Of a stretch of DNA of 24,000 nt, positions 23,746-24,000 are shown piece by piece. The number at the start of each line of letters is the position of its first letter. The stretch's first letter is position 1. Under the pieces are notes generated by a model. The model was not told where the DNA came from, did no database searches, and worked only from the letters and a program-made list of their open reading frames with translations. The DNA is from Candidatus Limiplasma sp. (GTDB taxonomy: Bacteria > Bacillota > Clostridia > Christensenellales > Aristaeellaceae): assembly GCA_963675655.1 (NCBI GenBank), contig OY776489.1, forward strand, positions 2,967,501 to 2,991,500, written 5' to 3'. The position numbers and the translations under genes were made by a program.

Positions 23746-23775
23746 TATTATAGTTCAAACAATGGTACTTTGACA
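23746..23775 (-). promoter_or_regulatory. Sigma-A promoter candidate (TTGTCA-18 nt-TATAAT) for the polysaccharide operon
   Basis: The minus strand reads TTGTCAAAGTACCATTGTTTGAACTATAAT. The -35 is at 23775-23770 and the -10 at 23751-23746. This implies a leader of about 340 nt before the ATG at 23401. Confidence 0.55.
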
Positions 23776-23915
23776 AGGGTTTCCATGCTATAAGCCCTCT
23801 CTGTAGCGATAAAACTGGTTATTTTTGAGTTCTATCTCAACATATTGTAGTGTTATCTTCCAGAAAATCAATAGATTTATCAAATAGTTACTTTCTAAGA
23901 TTCTCTGCTTCAGCA

Positions 23916-23951
23916 TTACATGAACAGTTGATAATCATCATGTTCATGTAA
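23916..23951. repeat. Perfect 11-bp inverted repeat TTACATGAACA-14 nt-TGTTCATGTAA
   Basis: Read directly from the sequence. It lies between the window's right edge and the polysaccharide operon promoter, and could be a terminator stem for an off-window upstream gene or a palindromic operator. Confidence 0.6.
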
Positions 23952-24000
23952 CGTTGATTGGCTTCGGGGTGTATAGTATTTCGCCGTCTATGCGCAATCC

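Noticed and set aside
23888-24000. Partial ORFs at the right edge: minus frame 1 ...GLRIDGEILYTPKPINVT* ending at 23944, minus frame 3 ending at 23888, and a plus-strand frame open from 23924
   Set aside because: Three frames are open over this short edge fragment and none has a recognisable motif or start signal. The coding frame cannot be decided without sequence beyond 24000.
1-24000. CRISPR arrays, transposases/IS ends, integrases, and tRNA, rRNA or tmRNA genes
   Set aside because: No spaced repeat arrays, terminal inverted repeats flanking ORFs, recombinase-like ORFs or cloverleaf-like or rRNA-like segments were seen on reading both strands.

Overview
All convincing genes in this window are on the minus strand. 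Strong GGAGG-type Shine-Dalgarno sites, frequent GTG/TTG starts and a clostridial-type AgrD suggest a Firmicutes/Clostridia chromosome. I saw no rRNA, tRNA, CRISPR array or mobile element. There are three blocks. (1) Positions 1-6323 are housekeeping or transport genes: a truncated sodium:solute symporter, an MscS-type channel, Bcp peroxiredoxin, and a YfcC-family carrier with a membrane-anchored M20 peptidase. (2) Positions 6373-10137 hold an agr-type quorum-sensing operon: a DUF5317-like membrane protein, a 174-aa membrane protein, AgrB, and a 40-aa AgrD precursor that is absent from the ORF track (8132-8254, hand-translated). No AgrC/AgrA pair follows. Instead the operon ends in a polytopic membrane protein with intact GGEEF and HD-GYP motifs. 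(3) Positions 10209-23775 hold a roughly 13-kb, eight-gene synthase-type exopolysaccharide operon. It is centred on a HAS/NodC/chitin-synthase-like family-2 glycosyltransferase with an N-terminal PilZ-like domain. Around it are a GH18-like hydrolase, an SGNH esterase fusion, a DivIVA-like protein, a tail-anchored Q/P-rich protein, and four proteins carrying eight NodB (CE4) modules, of which only two keep the catalytic motifs. The main hypothesis is inference only: an autoinducing-peptide signal controls c-di-GMP turnover, which in turn controls a PilZ-gated chitin/chitosan-like polymer synthase. I do not recognise this combination as a characterised system.
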